A stretch of 64,000 bases of DNA, taken from contig OZ024741.1 of the NCBI GenBank assembly GCA_964016885.1, positions 271,994,001 through 272,058,000 of the forward strand, written 5' to 3'. The position numbers were made by a program, and so were the translations under genes. Below the pieces are notes generated by a model. The model was not told the origin of the DNA. It searched no databases and saw only the letters and a program-made list of their open reading frames with translations. Of the stretch, positions 25,690 to 41,864 are shown in pieces; within the stretch, counting starts at the first letter, position 1; every line of letters begins with the position of its first letter. Source of the stretch: Eledone cirrhosa. Taxonomy: Eukaryota.

Positions 25690-26627
25690 TACAATCTATA
25701 CGTGGATTTTTTACGTCTTGATGTGGTAGCTAAGTATATGTTTTGTTTATACCACTACTTATTTGCATAGGTAAGTATATATTACCTGTATGTTTTGTGA
25801 AGGTACGTATACTTTCTCATACGTATATTTGATTGATTATGTTGTGACGTATACATTTTCTATATTTTCTGGTACATATGGTTTGGTTATGTGTATACGG
25901 GAGTTTTGCGCCTGCGTGTGTATGCAGGTTCGTACGTATGTAGGGTGTGTATATATGTGTACTTCTTGTTTTGGCTGACTTATGTCTTCGAACATTTGTG
26001 TATTTACATGTAGGTATGTGGGTGCGCTTGTTATATACGTATTTATTTATTTATATACGTTTATTTAATTATTTATTTGTATACACGCACACACACACAT
26101 ACACATATTTATATGTGCGTGGTTTTGTATACCTATGGCAAGTGTTTTGCGTATGCTTGTGTATGTACGTATTTGAAAATGTGTATGCATTTATTTAATT
26201 TCTATTACCTCTGTATTGTATTTATTTACTTTATTCTTAACTCTGAAGCGGAGATTCATTCGGTTTCCTAGTTAGAATTTAGTCTACGACTTCAGCTATA
26301 CCATTTACGTGGTTTTGTCTTTGCGTGCAATTGTTCTCCACGGTCCACATATGACGTATTATCTTCGTTTTTTCCGTTTATTGCCAGAGAACGTCTCTAT
26401 GAACCACCTAAGAGAACATTAGTCTACGACTTCTTTTATACCATTAACGTGGTTCTGTCTTTGCGCGTAATTGTTTTTCACCGCTCCTATTAATGACGTA
26501 TTATATTCGTTTTTTCCCGTTCTTTGCCAGGGAACGTTACCACGAACCAAAGTATCGTCTTCCTGTCTTCCTCCGGTTGCAACGTTTTTTGAAATATCCA
26601 CTTCTGCGTTTACAGATTGACTTTGTT

Positions 26628-26678
26628 AGTTTCAGAAGATCCCGTTAAGGGTGAAAGCAGCGATTCTTTGCTTAAACT
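26628..26678 (+). ncRNA. Variant hammerhead (CAGAAGA core), family E; mirror at 24871-24921 (-)
   Basis: agttt-CAGAAGA-tccc gttaa gggt-GAAA-gca..tgc-tt-aaact. Confidence 0.5.
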
Positions 26679-26785
26679 TTAATCTGTTATTTTAATAAAT
26701 ATTTGCTCTACGGTTCTTATATATTTGATATATATTTATCCTTATCGAGCCCTCTTTGGATTTTAGTCTTCAAATTTATTATTAT

Positions 26786-27760
<975 letters not shown>

Positions 27761-28022
27761 ATAATTTCAGCGTATATATGTCAAAGAGTATTTATGTTTT
27801 TGTTAGTTTGCTTTATCTTTACACTTTGATAAAAAGCTAAGCATTTATATATTAATACTATTTCTCCTCGTCATAGAGAAATCTAGTTATCGATAGCCCC
27901 ATGGCCCGGGAAGGGTGACTCATTCACTAATTTACTTCTTTCTTTATTTTACTTGTTTTCAAACACCCATAAATCTTTAACGAAGGGTATGAGTAAGAAA
28001 TAGTTAGATGGATTAACCTGAT

Positions 28023-28420
28023 TGTTAGATGAAATAACAAGAATAAATGATTTAGTTTATATATAAAGGTTTACTTCACTTCAGTCAAAAATAACAATAA
28101 ACATATTACCACGATTTACGAAGGTTGACAATGTTATTTGTGTTGTAGTCTGAGACCAAGAGAAAGAAAGAGAGAGTAATGGTCTGTAATTGACTGTAGA
28201 CCACATAGCGGTGAATCCTTACATAGCTGGTCTGTATCGTGGTGCTCCGATCTCTCTGTATAAACGTGGGATGATACAGGCTTTATATACCTGTCGCTCT
28301 CTGTCTCCCACCTTGAGGGGGATAGACCACGCATGAACCTGTTCACACCAAAAGGGTGGTGACCTAGAGTTTGACCTTTAGGTGTCACCCAAGGTTCAAG
28401 GCGTGGACAGATTTTGCTAC
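28023..28420 (-). mobile_element. Possible solo LTR
   Basis: TG...CA ends and a TATA-like motif on the minus strand; no convincing target-site duplication. Confidence 0.3.
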
Positions 28421-28736
28421 AAATCTACCTTTAATCTTAAAGATAGTACTAATTATTTCCTATCTCATACTGTTGTAAGTTAGCTAAAGTTCTATAGTAA
28501 AATGAATTCTTCAAAGAGCCTCCAAATGCGAATTTAACATGTATATCAAAGCCTTCGCCAAACATTGGCAAAAGTTAATATTAGAATTGAAGGTTAGCTA
28601 ATAGCTTTCTTTAACAATTTTGACGCTATAGTATATGATGGCTTACGCACTTGCATAATATAAGTTTTGGCAGGCATGGTTTATAGAGCTGACGTGTACT
28701 GACATATAAACATGTATTATGCAAGTGCGTAAGGAT

Positions 28737-29275
28737 GGGGGTAGTCGATTAAATCGATCTCCAGCACGTTACTGGTACTTTATTTTATCGACCCCGTAAG
28801 GATGAAAGGCAAAGTTAACGCCGATGGGATTAGAACTCAGAAATCGCGCCGAGGTTAGCTTTGCCTTTCATCTTTACGGGGTCGATAAAATAAAGTACCA
28901 GTAACGGATTGGGGGCGATAATGCTAGTCCTAAGGCGTGGCTGTTGTAGGCCACACCATCGCCCCCGCCATCCTGTCGTAAAATAATTGTTTCTACTTTT
29001 GGCACAAGGCCAGCAATTACCTCAGAGCATTACTGGTACACTTAATTTATCGACCAGTAAGGATGAAAGGTAAAACTAACCTCGGCGGGATTTGAACTCT
29101 GAATGCAAAGGGCCATAACTCTTTGCTGCAAAGCATGGTGTCTGACGCTCTACCGATACTGCTTATTCACCTCCCTTAAAAGTTAATAAGACCCCTTTAG
29201 TGTAGGACCTGGCCGAGATTGAACCCCAGAACAGGATCTCTATTGTCTGTAACACCTACCACTAAGCCACCGGTC
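28737..29275. mobile_element. SINE cluster: 28737-28842 (-), 28846-28910 (+), 28983-29170 (-), tRNA-like head 29205-29275 (-)
   Basis: Core ggggtcgataaaataaagtaccagt and B-box motifs in both orientations. Confidence 0.8.
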
Positions 29276-30070
29276 GTAAAGTAATGCTAGTCATAAGGTG
29301 TGGCTGTGGTGGGTCACACCTTTGCCTCACCACCCTATCGTAAAATGATACCAATCGTAAGGCGTGGCCGTGGTGGGAACCCTCGCCACCTACACCCTGC
29401 CCTAAAATGATGCCAGTTATATTTACTATAAAACTGTTAGCTACGAACAGAAGACACCAGACAATGGAAGATAGCGTAACTGTAGATCGAGGATGTTCCC
29501 ACGAGGCTTATTTTGACACACATATACATACATAGACATATACACACATACATGCATATACATATACACAGACACACACACAAACATATAGATACATGCA
29601 TACATACATAAATACATGCATACACATACATACATACAGACATATAGGCATACACATACACAGGCACACACACACTTAGATACATACATACATATATACA
29701 TACACACATATAGATATACGTACATATACATACACACACACACACATATATATATATACATACATACACATATAGATATACATATAGATATATACATAGA
29801 CATATAGATACATACACATACACACACACACATATACACATACACACATACACATACATACACATATACACACATATATACATACATACACACATACAAA
29901 CAGGCATACACATACACACATACACATATATATATACACACACATACATACATACACACACACATATATACAGACACACACAATATGAACACGTACAGCA
30001 ATATGCATGCATATTTGCTATTCGTGTTCGTTTTGTGTGTGAGAGAGTGTGTGCCTGCATGTGTCTGCAT

Positions 30071-30183
30071 GTATGTATATGTTATGTGTCTGTTTGTATG
30101 TATGTATATATGTATGTGAGTGTGTCTGTCTGTATATCTGTATATATATATATATACGTATATATAATGTGTATGTTTGTGTG

Positions 30184-30262
<79 letters not shown>

Positions 30263-30403
30263 GTACATACATATATGTATACAGACGTACAGTAGTATGT
30301 ATATGTTATGTGTCTGTTTGTATGTATGTATATATGTATGTGAGTGTGTCTGTCTGTATATCTGTATATATATATACGTATATATAATGTGTATGTTTGT
30401 GTG

Positions 30404-30478
<75 letters not shown>

Positions 30479-30621
30479 GTACATACATATATGTATACAG
30501 ACGTACAGTAGTATGTATATGTTATGTGTCTGTTTGTATGTATGTATATATGTATGTGAGTGTGTCTGTCTGTATATCTGTATATATATATATACGTATA
30601 TATAATGTGTATGTTTGTGTG

Positions 30622-30720
<99 letters not shown>

Positions 30721-30857
30721 GTACATACATATATGTATACAGACGTACAGTAGTATGTATATGTTATGTGTCTGTTTGTATGTATGTATATATGTATGTG
30801 AGTGTGTCTGTCTGTATATCTGTACATATATATATACGTATATATAATGTGTATGTT

Positions 30858-30866
<9 letters not shown>
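30071..30866. repeat. ~216-242-bp tandem repeat (about 3.5 units) with variable (TA)n
   Basis: Units start at 30071, 30295, 30511 and 30753. The three complete units each end in a ~45-bp piece of the R2 monomer. Confidence 0.85.
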
Positions 30867-30888
<22 letters not shown>

Positions 30889-30900
<12 letters not shown>

Positions 30901-31426
30901 ACGTACCCGAATTAAGCCGTAGAGTGTTTAGCAACCATCGTTGCCCTTTTGTACTAAGAGTGAGAAATGAAATTTCGTTTCATTTTTTCCGTTTATCCTT
31001 TATCGTTTATCGTTTTTGGTGTGCCCGGCCGATTAACTCACTCGATATACAAATTAGGCTGCTCAGCCGTTAATATGCATAGGGAAAGTATATGCTTTCA
31101 AACGTTCAACCATCTGGCAGGAAGATATACGGTGCTGACGATAGCTAATAAGCTTGAAACTAGTACATCGTTCCTTTGTTGAACAAAAGGGCAACGATGG
31201 TTGCTAAACACTGTACGGCTTAATTCGGGATGTTTGTTTACAAACACACCGAGCATTATAATAAATGTTCGGTAAATCCATACGTACATATATATGTGTG
31301 TGCATGTATGTATATATATACATACTACTGTACGTCTGTATACATATATGTATGTACGTATACATACTTATATTTAAATAACAGCCGTACAAAGAGTGGG
31401 AAATGAAATTTCGTTTCATTTTTTCC

Positions 31427-31430
<4 letters not shown>
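30889..31430 (+). mobile_element. Retrozyme-like R2 insertion (1.1 monomer plus short inverted piece); HHR at 31129-31171
   Basis: acggtg-CTGACGA-tagc taataa gctt-GAAA-ctag-ta-catcgt. 30906-30952 is an inverted fragment. Ends in (TA)n. Confidence 0.8.
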
Positions 31431-31461
<31 letters not shown>

Positions 31462-31663
31462 TATGTATACGTACATACATATATGTATACAGATGTACAA
31501 TAGTATGTATATATATATACATACATGACACATATTTATATATGTACGTATGGATTCACCGAACATTTATTATAATGCTCGGTGTGTTTGTAAACAAACA
31601 TCCCGTATTAAGCCGTAGTGGCTAGCAACCATCGTTGCTCGTTTGTTCAACACTGACAAAGGA

Positions 31664-31706
31664 ACGCTGTACTAGTTTCAAGCTTATTAGCTATCGTCAG
31701 CAACGT
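31664..31706 (-). ncRNA. Minimal type I hammerhead ribozyme (R2)
   Basis: Reverse complement of acgttg-CTGACGA-tagctaataagctt-GAAA-ctag-ta-cagcgt. Confidence 0.8.
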
Positions 31707-32093
31707 ATACCTTCCTGCCAGATGATTGAACGTCTGAAAGTATATACTTTCCTTATGCATATCAACGGCTGAGCAGCCTAATTTGCATATCGAGTGGGTT
31801 AATCGGCCGGGTGCACCGAAAACGATAAACGGAAAAAATGAAACGAAATTTCCTTTCCCACTCTTAATACGGCTGTTACTTAAATATAAATATGTATACG
31901 TACATACATATATGTATACAGACGTACAATAGTATGTATATATATATATACATACATGCACACATATATATATGTACGTATGGATTCACCGAACATTTAT
32001 TATAATGCTCAATGTGTTTGTAAACAAACATCCCGTATTAAGCCGTAGTGTCTAGCAACCATCGTTGCTCATTTGTTCAACACTGACAAAGGA

Positions 32094-32136
32094 ACGCTGT
32101 ACTAGTTTCAAGCTTATTAGCTATCGTCAGCAACGT
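32094..32136 (-). ncRNA. Minimal type I hammerhead ribozyme (R2)
   Basis: Same motif, 430 bp from the previous copy. Confidence 0.8.
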
Positions 32137-32530
32137 ATACTTTCCTGAAAGTATATACGTCTGAAAGTATATACTTTCCAGAGACACTACAGCTTAATAC
32201 GGGATGTTTGTTTACAAATACACCGAGCATTATAATAAATGTTCGGTGAATCCATACGTACATATATATATGTGTGCATGTATGTATATATATATATATA
32301 CATACTATTGTACGTCTGTATACATATATGTATGTACGTATACATACTTATATTTAAGTAACAGCCGTACAAAGAGTGGGAAATGAAATTTCGTTTCATT
32401 TTTTCCGTTTTTCGTTTTCGGTGCACCCGGCCGATTAATCCACTCGATATGCAAATTAGGCTGCTCAGCCGTTAATATGCATAAGGAAAGTATACACTTT
32501 CAGACGTTCAATCATCTGGCAGGAAGGTAT

Positions 32531-32573
32531 ACGTTGCTGACGATAGCTAATAAGCTTGAAACTAGTACAGCGT
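32531..32573 (+). ncRNA. Minimal type I hammerhead ribozyme (R2)
   Basis: 6-bp stem I with a G-U pair, palindromic actagt stem III, GUA triplet. Confidence 0.8.
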
Positions 32574-32838
32574 TCCTTTGTCAGTGTTGAACAAACGAGC
32601 AGCGATGGTTGCTAGACACTACGGCTTAATACGGGATGTTTGTTTACAAACACACTGAGCATTATAATAAATGTTCGGTGAATCCATACGTACATATATA
32701 TATGTGTGCATGTATATATATATATATACATACATACTATTGTACATCTGCATACATATATGTATGTACGTATACATACTTATATTTAAGTAACAGCCGT
32801 ACTAAGAGTGGGAAATGAAATTTCGTTTCATTTTTTCC

Positions 32839-33915
<1,077 letters not shown>

Positions 33916-33965
33916 ATATATATATATATATATCACAATAAATTAACGGAGCCATAGATTCTCGC

Positions 33966-34035
<70 letters not shown>

Positions 34036-34042
<7 letters not shown>

Positions 34043-34476
34043 AAATCAAAAGATGGTTAAAAGAGTTCCATGTATTTTATTATGCGCATTTCAAAAACAA
34101 ATATCATCATGGGATGATATTTGTGTTCTCATCAGATAAAATAGGGAGACATGATATGAAGCTTAAAAAACACTTGCGAGCAGTGAATGTTAAATCAACA
34201 TATATAAGTGTTAAATCAACATATGTTGATTTAACACTTCACTGCTCGCAAGTGTTTTTTAAGCTTCATATCATGTCTCCCTATTTTATCTGTTGAGAAC
34301 ACAAATATCATCCCATGATGATATTTGTTTTTGAAATGCGCATAATAAAATACATGGAACTCTTTTAACCATCTTTTGATTTTATATTATTTATACTCCA
34401 GTCCTATAAACTGTTGAGTGCTACTTATCCGATATTTGCATTGCTTTATTATGCTACAATAAAACTCACCTCCTAC
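34036..34476. mobile_element. Fold-back mini-element (family A); HHRs at 34073-34143 (-) and 34282-34352 (+, core mutated to CTGTTGA)
   Basis: Inverted arms meet at ~34205-34222; the longer arm is on the right. Confidence 0.85.
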
Positions 34477-35024
34477 ATTATATATATATATGTAAATGTG
34501 TGTAAGTCTGTATGCGTGTATGTATGTGTATGTATGTGTATATGTATGTGTGCGTGTGACTATCTGTCTGTTTGTATATCAGTATGTATAAATGTATGTG
34601 TGTGTGTGTGTCTGTTTGTCTGTATAAGCGTGTGTGTCTGATTGCCTTTATGTATACGTATGTGTGCATGTCTGTGTATGTATGTCTGACTGTATGCATG
34701 TATGTATGTGTGTACATATATATACATATGTGTGTGTGTGTGTCTGACTGTATGTGTGTATATGCAGTCAGTAGTACAACACACGTACACGAATACATGA
34801 AGAGATTATTTAGCATATACACACGCATAAAGATATTACAATGTGTGCGTCTACCCCCCCCCCCCCATATATATATACACAAACATTGAGGTCAGTCGAG
34901 AGAAAAGGGGTCTGATTAGCCATTCGTCACGGGCCTACGGTTTTTATGGGGCCTACGGTTTTTATGGGGCCTACTTCCCTGAACTTCTATATCTTATTTA
35001 TAGTTACGCTACTAGTAAGCTAGT

Positions 35025-35125
35025 GGAGACGCGTGGCGTTGTAGTAATGGTGTTACAATCATATAATGTTGCGAGTTCGATTCCTGGACTGGCTTATATG
35101 TTGTGTTCTTTAGCAAAACACTTGT
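35025..35125 (+). mobile_element. tRNA-derived SINE head (second family)
   Basis: A-box-like gtggcgttgtagtaatgg and B-box gagttcgattcct, followed by ttgtgttctttagcaaaacactt. Confidence 0.55.
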
Positions 35126-35440
35126 ACATGTTTCAACGTATCTGAGCCCCTTCCCCCCCCCCCCCCCCCCGCCCCCGCCATATATATTTAAACAATTTTT
35201 CACTATCTTATTAATTTGTGTTTGAGACACGTTGGCTGAGTGCTTATGACGGGAGCAGAAATATTTGATTTCTAATCTCCTGCCATCACGTAAATTTATA
35301 AATTGGTGGTCGGTCGGGGGACAGCATTGTATCAGATCCCAGTTGCTAATCACTTTACTGTGTTGGCCGTCACAAGCAGTCATAGCCGGCATGGACTGGA
35401 ATCGAATTCTGTCGATCGATTGGTTATTGATTAGGCGAAA

Positions 35441-35551
35441 CCCGCTGATGAAGCCACATGCGCCGATTATGCATTGTTGCATAATATATGCGGACAGAGG
35501 GTGCAGTGCACCCTTCTGCTGCATTAAGTGTAGCCGAAACTCGAGTTCAGG
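35441..35551 (+). ncRNA. Hammerhead with branched, extended stem II
   Basis: CTGATGA (35445), two internal hairpins (attatgca..tgcataat; agggtgca g tgcaccct), then GAAA-ctcgag-tt-cagg. Confidence 0.6.
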
Positions 35552-35700
35552 AACTACTATAGGTACCAGTTTACGTGTGTTGTATTGAAGTGAATAACTA
35601 TGTGTATACTCTGGGAATGTATCTTACATTACCTATTGAGTTCGCTGAGATGCAACCGGTCCTGGCATTGATACCTATGCTAGGTCCGTCAACTTCTTAT

Positions 35701-36200
<500 letters not shown>

Positions 36201-36224
36201 AAATTCATCCTAAGATTTGAATTT

Positions 36225-38863
36225 CAAAGCAGACCAGTGGTCCAACAACTAGGAAGGAAACCTGTAGAAGGCTTAGTTAGCCTCAAGCAGCGCACAAGGG
36301 ATGTTGAGGTAGTATGTCTACCCACGGATAAGTCTGGTAGGATGTCAAAAGACAGCATACCGAACTACATCAAGGCTATGCAACCCCACATCACCAACAC
36401 GAGCGAAATTACACAGCAAATACATGAGAGGAGAGAGAAGATCCTCAACGCTCACATGATGATGTGGACCGACATCCTAAAGCCAAGCAGACGCACTGCC
36501 AACAACTTCCAGGTGTCTAACAATGGCATACCACCCTTGTATGGGCTCCGCAAAGACCATAAGACAGTCGACGACCCGACAACAGGACCACCAACAAGAC
36601 CTGTATGCGGAGCCAATATCGCTAGCAACTACAGGATCTCCTACTTCCTCTCAATGGTTATACGCCCCATAATCAAGATGTTCCCAGATGTATGTGACAG
36701 TACAGAGGACCTCCTCAGCAGAATCAATGAATGCAACAAAAACAAAAACCTATCTAACTGCATAATAGGCAGTATGGACGTGGTATCACTATACCCATCC
36801 ATTAACATTGATTTTGCTGTGGAAAAATGTGTGGAGATGATCAGTGAGAGTGAGGTGGAGTTCTGCGATGTGGACTACCTAGACAGCCATGACCTTAGCC
36901 GTTTCTGCCCCCAGTAGACCCATAAGAGGTAGACCCCCCCCCCCACCATAACCTCAATGGCAAAAAAGACTCCCATGGGAAGGTGGATTGGTGGACCAAA
37001 GCCATACGGACCCCCCAAAACAATGATCAGGTAAGAAAAATGGTCGCGCATGCAATAGGGGCTAGTATTAAAACTACCCCAAAGGGTCACATATTCAAAT
37101 TCAACGAGAAGATCTACACCCAAAATGAGGGAGGAGCCATTGGCGTCAGCATAGCTGGTGACGTTGCCAACCTTTTTATGGTATGGTGGAAAAGGAGACT
37201 CAAAGATTTCCTTGATGAGAGCTCCATAGACCTCATCATGTACTCTCGTTACGTAGACGACATTAATATAGTAATAAGGAGACCCCCCACAAGAGAGTAC
37301 TAACAAGTATGATTTAGAATGTAGCACAATGGAAAACATCCAGCAGAAAGCTAATTCCATACACCAGAGTATAAATGTAACTATCGACTACCCTTCCAAA
37401 CACCCTAACAGTAGACTACCTGTATTAGACACGGAACTCTGGATTAACACTATAGACGAGAGGGCCCAAATTCTCCACTCACACTACGTTAAACCCATGG
37501 CCTCCAAATACCTGATACTCAAAAACTCAGCAATGTCCAGTAGTGCTAAGTTTAATATTCTGATCGCAGATTTGGTACGAGTGGTGAAGAACGTGTCCCG
37601 CATGTGCGACCCAACAAAAATGGAAAGACACATCCAACACTTCATCAACCGCATGCAGTTCTCTGGCTACAACTTAAGAGACAGAATCAGAGTATACGAA
37701 GGAGCCACGGAGAAGTATAAGACCCTCATAGAACTGGACATGAAAGGAATTTGCCCATTATACAGGAGCAAATCATGGAATAGCTTAGATAGGACTAAAC
37801 ATAAGATAGGGAAAGCCACTTCATGGTACGACAACCAGAGATACCAGAGTGTCATGTTCGTGGACGCTACCCCTGGAGGGAAATTAGCTAACCAGTGTAG
37901 AAAGACCCACTTAAGATTAAGGTGGTAGAAAAGTCAGGAACTACCATAAAATCCCTGATCAGCAAAATATACCCTTTTAAGAAAACCCACTGTACTAATA
38001 GGAAATGTATTATATGTAAAGTAAACCCCCGGATAAACTGTAAAACTAGAAACGTAGTCTATAGCATAAGATGTACAGAGGGTACTTGCAGAAACATGAC
38101 AACAACATACACAGGCGAGACAGCTCGTAGCATAGGTGAAAGGATAGACCAACACTGGGGGGAACTAAAAGGACTAAAAAACGGTTCAGTACTATACGAA
38201 CACGCCAGACAACAACATGGCGGTAACATAGACAACATAGAAATTAAAATAATATCTAAACATAGAAATGACCCAGCAGATAGGCAAATCAGAGAGGCCA
38301 GTGAAATAGAACTTAGAAGGCCAAAGCTAAACAGAAAAAATGAATGCAATAACAACAACACCCAAACAAACAATACTGACCTAAGAGAAATATAAATAAA
38401 TAAATAAATAAATATATACACAATCACAATAACAACAAACACATATAAGCACACACTAGTAAACTAAGATAGAATACAATAACCAAAACACAGTCACCCA
38501 AACGCGAACACACACCAAACACTATGCACACACGCAAACGCATGCGCAGAGAAGAAAACAAAAATAAATAAATAAACAGATTAAATAAAGATGGCGTAAA
38601 TATACAACAGAGGAACATAATAGCACCACTGACGATGTTGCAGATGTGCAACGAAAGAACTTTGTTAGACTATATATGTGTTTATATCTATATAATATCT
38701 GTATTTTTGACCGTTGGTTAGTCAATGGTAAACATTGAGGACCGAATGAATTAACTGATATAAAAGATACAGAAGCGAAAACCAACCAAACAGCCAAACA
38801 GTGACTGTGTTCTGTTAATAATTCTGGCAATATTATTACAACAATATGACCCTCCCCAAGTAT

Positions 38864-38870
<7 letters not shown>
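36225..38870 (+). mobile_element. Penelope-like element, 5'-truncated, with frameshifted RT plus GIY-YIG (ORF pieces 36237-38395)
   Basis: TDKSGR, YGLRKDHK, PTRPV, SMDVVSLYPSI, YTQNEGGAIG, YSRYVDD, LPVLDT, VVYSIRC..YTGETAR..R..QH, RQIREA, LN. HHR-like core CTGACGA..GAAA at 38629-38656. Confidence 0.92.
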
Positions 38871-38897
<27 letters not shown>

Positions 38898-38900
<3 letters not shown>

Positions 38901-39270
38901 TGAAAGAGTGAAGAATAACATGGTCGGCTGTACAAAAAGGGTTTTATTTACAGTATTAACAATTGTTTCATTGATCAGGTGAGTCTAAAGGCCACTAATG
39001 ACTCGAAGTTGCGTCACTCGACCTTAAATACAGTGTGTGTCTCTGATCAAATCATCGGAATACTGGGGGGTGTAACACATGGCATTGGTATTTATAGATA
39101 CATCTGAGAATCAAGTGAATGATAACAATAACATCAATAATAAAAGATAATAATAAAGAAGTTAGAATGAAAATGATAAAGATGTAAAAAAATAAGCAAA
39201 AAATAAGTACAAAATACGATTGCTGATAATAGTAGTGGTGGTAGTTGAAGTTATAGTGGTGAGTAAGTGG
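38898..39270 (-). mobile_element. Family D-related pLTR plus UTR fragment; long-stem-II HHR at 38951-39065 (-)
   Basis: cagtatt-CCGATGA-tttgatcag..ctgatcaat-GAAA-caattg-tt-aatactg. Confidence 0.7.
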
Positions 39271-39293
39271 AATATATATATATATATATACTG

Positions 39294-39358
<65 letters not shown>

Positions 39359-39377
39359 GTGTGTGTGTGTATATATA

Positions 39378-41800
39378 CAATGATATTAAATAAATGGAAA
39401 CTATATTTATAAAACCATATTTATTTTATTATATATATTTCAAGGGTACCAAAACACTTTAGTACGCTTTCTTCAGATAAAATACAAAGTTTGTTTTATA
39501 AATAGAGACATACTCAGGAAAATCATACCTTATCAGTTGGATATTCTCTGGATAGTGGAAATGTATTAGGGATTTTTCAAACTTATGGGTGAATATGCAA
39601 ATGAATATGTAAATAATTGAAATTTTTTTTTATTTAAACGACTATGGAGAGAGAGAAGAGAGAAGAGAAGAACGACAAAATAGTGAGAGAGAGAGAGAGA
39701 GAGAGAGAGAAGGAAAAAAGCGAAGATGAATAAAAAAAACTCATATAACGTTAATTTGAGGGAAATATATTCGAACAATTATCTATGTATATATGTAAGT
39801 ATATATCTTAATAGTATGTGTATTTATATTAAAGGGATATTTTACGATTATTAGTTGTTTTAAATTTGTTTATAATATAATATTTTTCTTCTGTTATAAG
39901 TAGATAAATAAATAAATAAATAAATAAATAGATGGGTAGATCATGTTATAGATAATTGTTCTAATGAGTTATGGGGGACATTGGTTTTGTATTTTATGTA
40001 AATAAATATGTATTTAAAATTGAGAATGATTTAAAATTAAATTAAATTAAATTAAATTAAATTAACTGAGTTAAGTAAGAATATTTATATTTATATAAGG
40101 AAAAAAACTCCGGTTTTATTTATTTATTCGTTAGTGTGAGACTATTTAGTCAAAATAAGTATGGATGTTTAGCCAGAATCAGTTAGTGGTTATTAATCTA
40201 TTGAAAAAATATTGAAAAAATATTGAGAAAATATTGAAAAAATATTGAGAAAATATTGAAAAAATATAGAAAAAATATTGAAAAAATTTTTAAAAACTTT
40301 GAAAAAAATTTTGAAAAGATTTTTGAGAAATTAAAAAAATTTTTTTTTTTAAATAATTTTTTAAGAGATAAGTAATTTTTAAAGAAATAAAAAATTATTA
40401 AAATTAAAATTTTTAAAAATTAGAATTATATACGTATATATTATATGAAAACTTTTAAGAAGTGGAAGTACAGCAAATGTTAGAGATATGATTTAGAGAT
40501 ATCAATATATTAAAACCAAGTAGATGAGATTGTTATGGAGATTAATAGGAATATTATAAGTATAATTATAATTTATATATAGTTCTGAATGTTGAATTCT
40601 GGCGATGTCTACAAGAATTAAATAAATTCGTTCTTAGATTAATAGAGTTTTTACAGTTAAGTATATAAAAAATTTCCTCAATACACAATTTGCAGAATTT
40701 AGATAAAGCTGTGTTCCAGTACGCGGGTGATTTTGAAACTGTTTCCCAAGCTAATGAATAGTCTATATTCTTGCATTTTAAGTTCCATATCAGGTTTGAT
40801 AGAGAATTTTAAATTCTGTAGAAGTGGCACCGACATAGTTAAATATATTATCACTAGTTTTAACTGTGCATTTATAGACCACATTTTTATCTAAACACTT
40901 ATTTTGTAAAGGACAGTTTGATTTAATTCTACAGTTACATTTTGCGAAGTTGTTGTTGCTCGGAACGGTACTATTAGGTTGGATATTGCTAGAAATATTA
41001 CTGCTATTTTGGTTATTTTGGTTAGGGCTTAAATTTAAGTTTCTATTATTGATTCTATTTATATTTTGTGCTATGTTCATAGTAGTAGAGTAGGATAGTT
41101 TTATAGTATGTCTGTTAAAGATTGAGTGGTATCTGTGGGCTTTAGGTAAACATTTATCTAGTGATTTAAAGAATAGCTTTGCTAAAGGTGTTTTAACGCT
41201 TAATGAGAATGGGGGTGAGTACCAAATAATATTTCTAGTTCTAGTTCTTCTGTTAGTTTTAGAGTTTAAGTTAAATTTTTTATTATTATTACAATTAATA
41301 GTAGGGTGATTTGCCTTATTATTGTTGTCGATGTATTTAATCTTATTTATATTCCCTGCTCTATTTAAAGCTTCATTATAATAGTCAGCCTTATCATCAA
41401 AAATGTTTTTATTTTTTATTAGCGGAGATGCGTGAAATCCGTTGTTGACAATAGTGTTCTTGATAGATCTAGGATGGTTAGAGTTAAAACTTATATAGTT
41501 TAGAATCTCATTAATTTTATGGAATGGATAGTAGAGCCCTGTGCTAAGGTTTAATGTTACGTCTAAAAAGTTAACAATTTTATAGTTATTTTCTATTTCT
41601 AACTTAAGGTTGTAGTTATTGAAGAATTGTATTATGGATTTTCTTTTCCTATTAATTTCACAATTACTATGGGTTTCAATTAAAAGCAGCATATCATCAC
41701 GATATAAACCACCGGTCATCTCTGGTATTTTTCAGTGCTCTAAATCAGTTAGAAACATTTATATTTATATTTGTTGGATTTCCAACAAATTAAATACCCC

Positions 41801-41805
<5 letters not shown>
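39378..41805 (-). mobile_element. 5'-truncated PLE (family C): RT C-terminus plus GIY-YIG, HHR at 39422-39484, short inverted tail at 41720-41805
   Basis: ORF 41719-40790: GLYRDD, VNFLDVTL, SNHP, IIWYSPPF, CNCR..CPL..CL..VVY..YVG. It continues after a frameshift to CKLCIE..CRH. Confidence 0.9.

Positions 41806-41864
<59 letters not shown>

Larger units (their letters stand above)
24849..26702 (+). mobile_element. 5'-truncated PLE (family E) bracketed by ~510-bp inverted pLTRs
   Basis: 24849-25356 is the reverse complement of 26192-26702. The GIY-YIG C-terminus lies inside, and the pLTR has an internal ~142-bp duplication. Confidence 0.88.
31459..32840. mobile_element. Retrozyme-like tandem array R2: 430-bp monomers as two divergent arms
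   Basis: Left arm 31459-32179 (-, ~1.7 monomers) and right arm 32181-32840 (+, ~1.5 monomers); (TA)n on both sides. Confidence 0.85.

Noticed and set aside
28643-28732. 18-bp inverted repeat (ttacgcacttgcataata)
   Set aside because: Isolated, with no HHR, target-site duplication or second copy in the window.
29437-31073. Long ORFs of YI/CV/HT repeats (here and throughout the track)
   Set aside because: These are translations of (TA)n, (CA)n and (TG)n microsatellites, which lack stop codons; not genes.
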